From Pocillopora damicornis (taxonomy: Eukaryota): 56,771 nt of DNA. Each line of letters starts with the position of its first letter. Position 1 is the stretch's first letter. The DNA is taken from positions 992,001 through 1,048,771 of the forward strand of contig NW_020847569.1 of the NCBI RefSeq assembly GCF_003704095.1, written 5' to 3'. The notes below the pieces were generated by a model that worked only from the letters and a program-made list of their open reading frames with translations, was not told the origin of the DNA and did no database searches. Shown piece after piece: positions 52,680 to 56,771 of this stretch. The translations under genes were made by a program, and so were the position numbers.

Positions 52680-55600
52680 TTTTACGGACTTCTTTTCGGA
52701 GCTGCTCTCTTAGACTCTACAGATCCCTTTAATACACTGCTGCAAATCACACGGGACGGAAAGCTCGGCACGCTGAAAGTGGATAGCGAAACTGTCGATT
52801 TGAAGGAAAGCGTTTCTGATAGGTTGCATTTCATTTTTCCTTTTCCTTTATCTTTTGCTTTCCTTTTTTTTCTGTTGTCTTCCTCCATTGGACTATGAAA
52901 CTTTTGCAATGGCTGTTTGCCGAGGTATCGAGAGGATCACCTCAGGCTTTGAAGATGGCTTTTATGTGGCATCTTATCTCATGCAAAAGAAGTAAATGGT
53001 CGAATGCCGTAGTTGAATTCCAGCTGTTTCTCTACATGCTAAGATGCAGACGACTGAAATTCCTTCAGCGACTAACCTTGGAACGCTGGTGAGTTAACTT
53101 TTAGCACACTCCCCTAAACACAAATCAGCATCTTCCAACACTGTACAAACGAATCACCATAGCATTACAACCAAACAAAATGACCAGGCTTGAGTCTCAA
53201 TGACTTTGTGCATTAACTTCACCACTCATGTGAACTCAGAGGTATTTTCCTTCATTTGTAGCGTACTAGTTTAGCTCTTGGGTAAATGACGCTAATTCTA
53301 GTTCATGCCTAACCAACTGCTGTTTAGGCGAAGCAACATTCACTCAAACTCACATGTGCCGGCCGTCTTGCAAAGGAGTTCCACTCGAGCGAGAGTTGAA
53401 GTGCGTTGATTTCTGTCGCTGTAGGGTAGGTATCACTGGAAATAAATGTATTTTTCCCAGTATAGATGATAGATTGCTTGCGAAAAATAAAAAAACAAAA
53501 TTGCTGAAGGCTACTATTGTAACTAATCTGTTTCACGGGATAACGATTCAAACCAACAGCACCTGTTCGTCGAGCATCACAAAGAAACCCCTATATGGAG
53601 GCCTTCGATCATGTTACTTCAATTGAATGTGGGCAGGTAAAAACAAATGTTAATTATTAACATGGTTTTTATTTCTGTCAGCTCATATTTGCATTTTTCA
53701 TCGACTTTCATCACAAGGCTGGGAAAGGAAAAAATGTATTTATTGTGGCAACTACATCTATTTTAATGTCACGAAAAGAATCCCTTTCTCTTTGACTTGG
53801 ATGAATCTCAAATAAAAGTGGTTTGATAAACTTTCGCCTTACGAATATAAAATATCTTTTTATGCAACGGTCGAGCGAGCGAGCGACCGTTTCTTTCGCC
53901 TCCGACAGCAAGGTTTTGATTGATGATAAATCTGGGAGGATATTTAATTTTCTACTCTTAATCTTGATACAGAGGAAACATGAAGGCTATAGCACTCGTT
54001 TTCTTTTGTAATTTCTTCGCAGAATATGGGCAATGTTAAAAAAAATGTTCAATGTCCCCGTTCAGCTTTGGAATTATTGAAATCCTTAAACTTGGCAGGT
54101 GTTGAATATCCATTTTGTCGAGTTGGCAAGCTCCATCGAAGTCAGCAGGAAAGTTTTAATTCCTCAGACTTATTTGTTAAAAGTGGTATTACCGTATTCC
54201 GCGTCATCTTATCTATTTGAAAAGATGAAAATCATTTGGAGCCACTGCTCGAGAGAATGTATAATAAGGGTATCTTTCTTTTCGTCTTCGATGATAAGAT
54301 AAAAATTAAAAGGGGGCATCAGTTACAACGGCCACGGATAACTTTAAATTACTACTGGTTTAGGAAAGCAATTTGCCGAGACTGATTGATATATCCTCAT
54401 CATATCTACCCCTCAGTCAGGATTGAAGTATTATCGTTCTCCAAACTATCATGACGTCAATCGGAGGGTACGTGAAAGGGCCCAACAAAGTCATCTTATA
54501 CAGGTGTTTTACGCAAAAAACTTCGCCTTGTTTAATTAGGTTTCTTGAACGAGGAAGACCATCGGAATCATCTGAGCTTAGACTTGAATCAGCGGAAAAG
54601 TTTTGTCCAATTTTTATTAATTCAATTACCGCGGTAATTTGTCAGGCAGTAATAACTTATCACAGGTTATCCCCATGTATGAAATTTGTGAAATTACAGA
54701 GAGGGGCTTATAAATAGTAACTGTTATCATGAAATTACGTAATAGCTTTACAATGTATTGCGAAAAACCTAGTAGATTTTGGAATCTTCTTCACTCATTC
54801 ATGATCTACATTAATCTTGGTCCATTACCATTTAAATTAATTTTTGCGTTGTTATCAATTTGTTTTGATATTTTCCACAAACTCCATTATTTGTGCGTTC
54901 ATTAAAATTTGAAGGAAACTCCGACGTAAAACAGCGTTCCTCAAATGCTAATCTTGAAGAGTACAGCTCCTAAAACAGCAAACATACATGCAGAAGGCAT
55001 CGTATATTACACGTTGTTACTTTGTCGCTGTTAACTTGTTTACACATGATAGTCTAAATGTAAATGTTGTCTGCGCGTGAAAGTTTATGTCAAGGAATAT
55101 CATGGCATTCAATGACCGTCTGTTTATGTTAGCATCGTACAAGCTGCTGATTTGATTAAAAGATTCGCATTGCATTGGCCAAAGATAAAATCCGTGGGTG
55201 CTTTCTCTCCAAATATTGACTTTTCGGTGACACTTTGATGCATTCAGCACATGACTATCAAATTCAGCAATGCCAGTGGTGAACCTTAAATACATAGAAA
55301 CGTCAAAACAGAAAACAAAACACATTGCTGAAGAGTGAAGCAACGACAACCAAACTCTTGAACCTTTGGTCCTCGGTTTTGAAAAACACCCTGTTCGTGC
55401 ACCTGCCGCAGTGTAAATTTGTGTAACTTTTTCAAGTTCAGAAAAATCTTCAGGAGTGAAAACATGTCACGGTTTTCCTTACCGACAACTGCACTTACTC
55501 TACTGGCCTTCTTTACTTCAGGTTAGCGTTATTGTACATATTTTTGAATACAGCTCATCTATTCTGCTCCCTAAGGAGTGAAAATACGACAGAAAAGCCA

Positions 55601-56771
55601 AAGGATAATTCAAACCATCCCCAGGTTAAAGGATGACAATTCGAAACAGCCGCACAGCATATTCCAGCACTGAATATGCTGTTATCATACCCTCATATCA
55701 TTTCTGTCGTCTTTAGCAATGGTTAATCTGCTTTTGAAGTGCTAATTTTTTTTCGAGTACCGGAGATAACGACTCCAAGCCTCCTGCACAAGCTTCTCAT
55801 ACTGAAGTTCCGTTAAACAACTGTTTGATGGTTTTGTGACGATTCCATTTGAAGGTTCACACCACACTGAGTGATTTTATGGTCATCTTTAGCAAAAGAT
55901 AATAGTCTTCTTCATTTCCATCTGATGTAGGCTTCATATTTCTTATCATGTTTCTCTCTCTCTAACAAACTATTGTATCGCTCTCCGAGTAATTCCTCAC
56001 ACCGCTAAAAGGACTTTCGTGAAACTGTCGCGACCCGCATGCACATGTTATATTTAAATCAATACTGCATTTATTGAAGAGTAATGGATTATAAAATTCG
56101 AATCTTCGGCTAAGGAGAGTGCAAAACTTCGATGATGTTAACTGTTTATTTAGTAATATACGATGCATCGAAAGCGAGACTTGGAAAATTAGTAGGCTCG
56201 TCAAAATTCTGGGAATACCAGAATATTTTTTTATTGGTTAAAATTCTTTTCCGTCGCAATCCAAAAGTTACCAAATGAGTCATGGAACAAATTTATGATT
56301 AAAACTTTCTTGAGTTTCATAACTTTGTGTAAACATATACATGTTCTTGTTTCAAAAACTTGCTGTTCCATAATAACTCGATTCAAACCCTTTGGAAAGA
56401 AAACTTGAAAAATTATAAAACTGCATGAGAAAAAATAGAATAACTGAATATTTTTGAAAATTGAGACCGGACTGTTTATAAATGGCGGCATTTAGGTTCT
56501 AGATCGAGAGCTAACGGATTGGCTTTTAACCCCTTTGGTCTCCTATAAAATTTATTCATCAGTAAACACATGTTTCTCAAAAAGAGTCAGGTGTTGTGCA
56601 CGTGAACAACTGCTTCCTCTTTTTCTTCTTCTTCTTCATCTTTCTCAAATCTAACAATTGGTTTGCAAAAGCTCTGGGACAGAGTTCGACCGCTTTTGTT
56701 ATGCCATTACCGACTGCATCTTACACTATGGCGCCCATGTCCGCACAAGCACCACAACCTACATCAAAAGC
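52680..56771 (-). pseudogene. Possible decayed multi-exon gene or intron-containing transposon of unknown family
   Basis: Exon-like blocks after pyrimidine-rich AG acceptors give protein-like but stop- or frameshift-interrupted reads, e.g. EREKHDKKYEAYIRWK*RRLLSF, LTELQYEKLVQEAWSRYLRYSKKN*HF, GSVLKVNSPAFQG*SLKEF. Confidence 0.3.

Overview
AT-rich, intron-containing animal genomic DNA. The repeat landscape and gene style suggest a stony coral; this is an inference. Gene order from left to right: (1) two tandem intronless mitochondrial-type peptide deformylases, one canonical and one with a remodelled active site; (2) a small Cys/His-rich ORF on the minus strand; (3) a block of transposon debris (MULE-like fragment, PHD-bearing Ginger-like end, MITE); (4) four intact 3-exon paralogs plus one truncated copy of a ~13-TM membrane protein family, two on + and two on -, converging on an ITIH-like VIT+vWA gene with a GPI-like tail; (5) a complete 28-exon site-1 protease gene (MBTPS1, 1063 aa); (6) a decayed minus-strand region. 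The main discovery candidate is the membrane-protein cluster. By-eye motif alignment suggests highly divergent otopetrin (proton channel)-like proteins with an extra N-terminal helix, an asymmetric pore signature and paralog-specific cytoplasmic additions. All exon models were read by hand from GT-AG boundaries and frame continuity. No database searches were run. There are four N-gaps.
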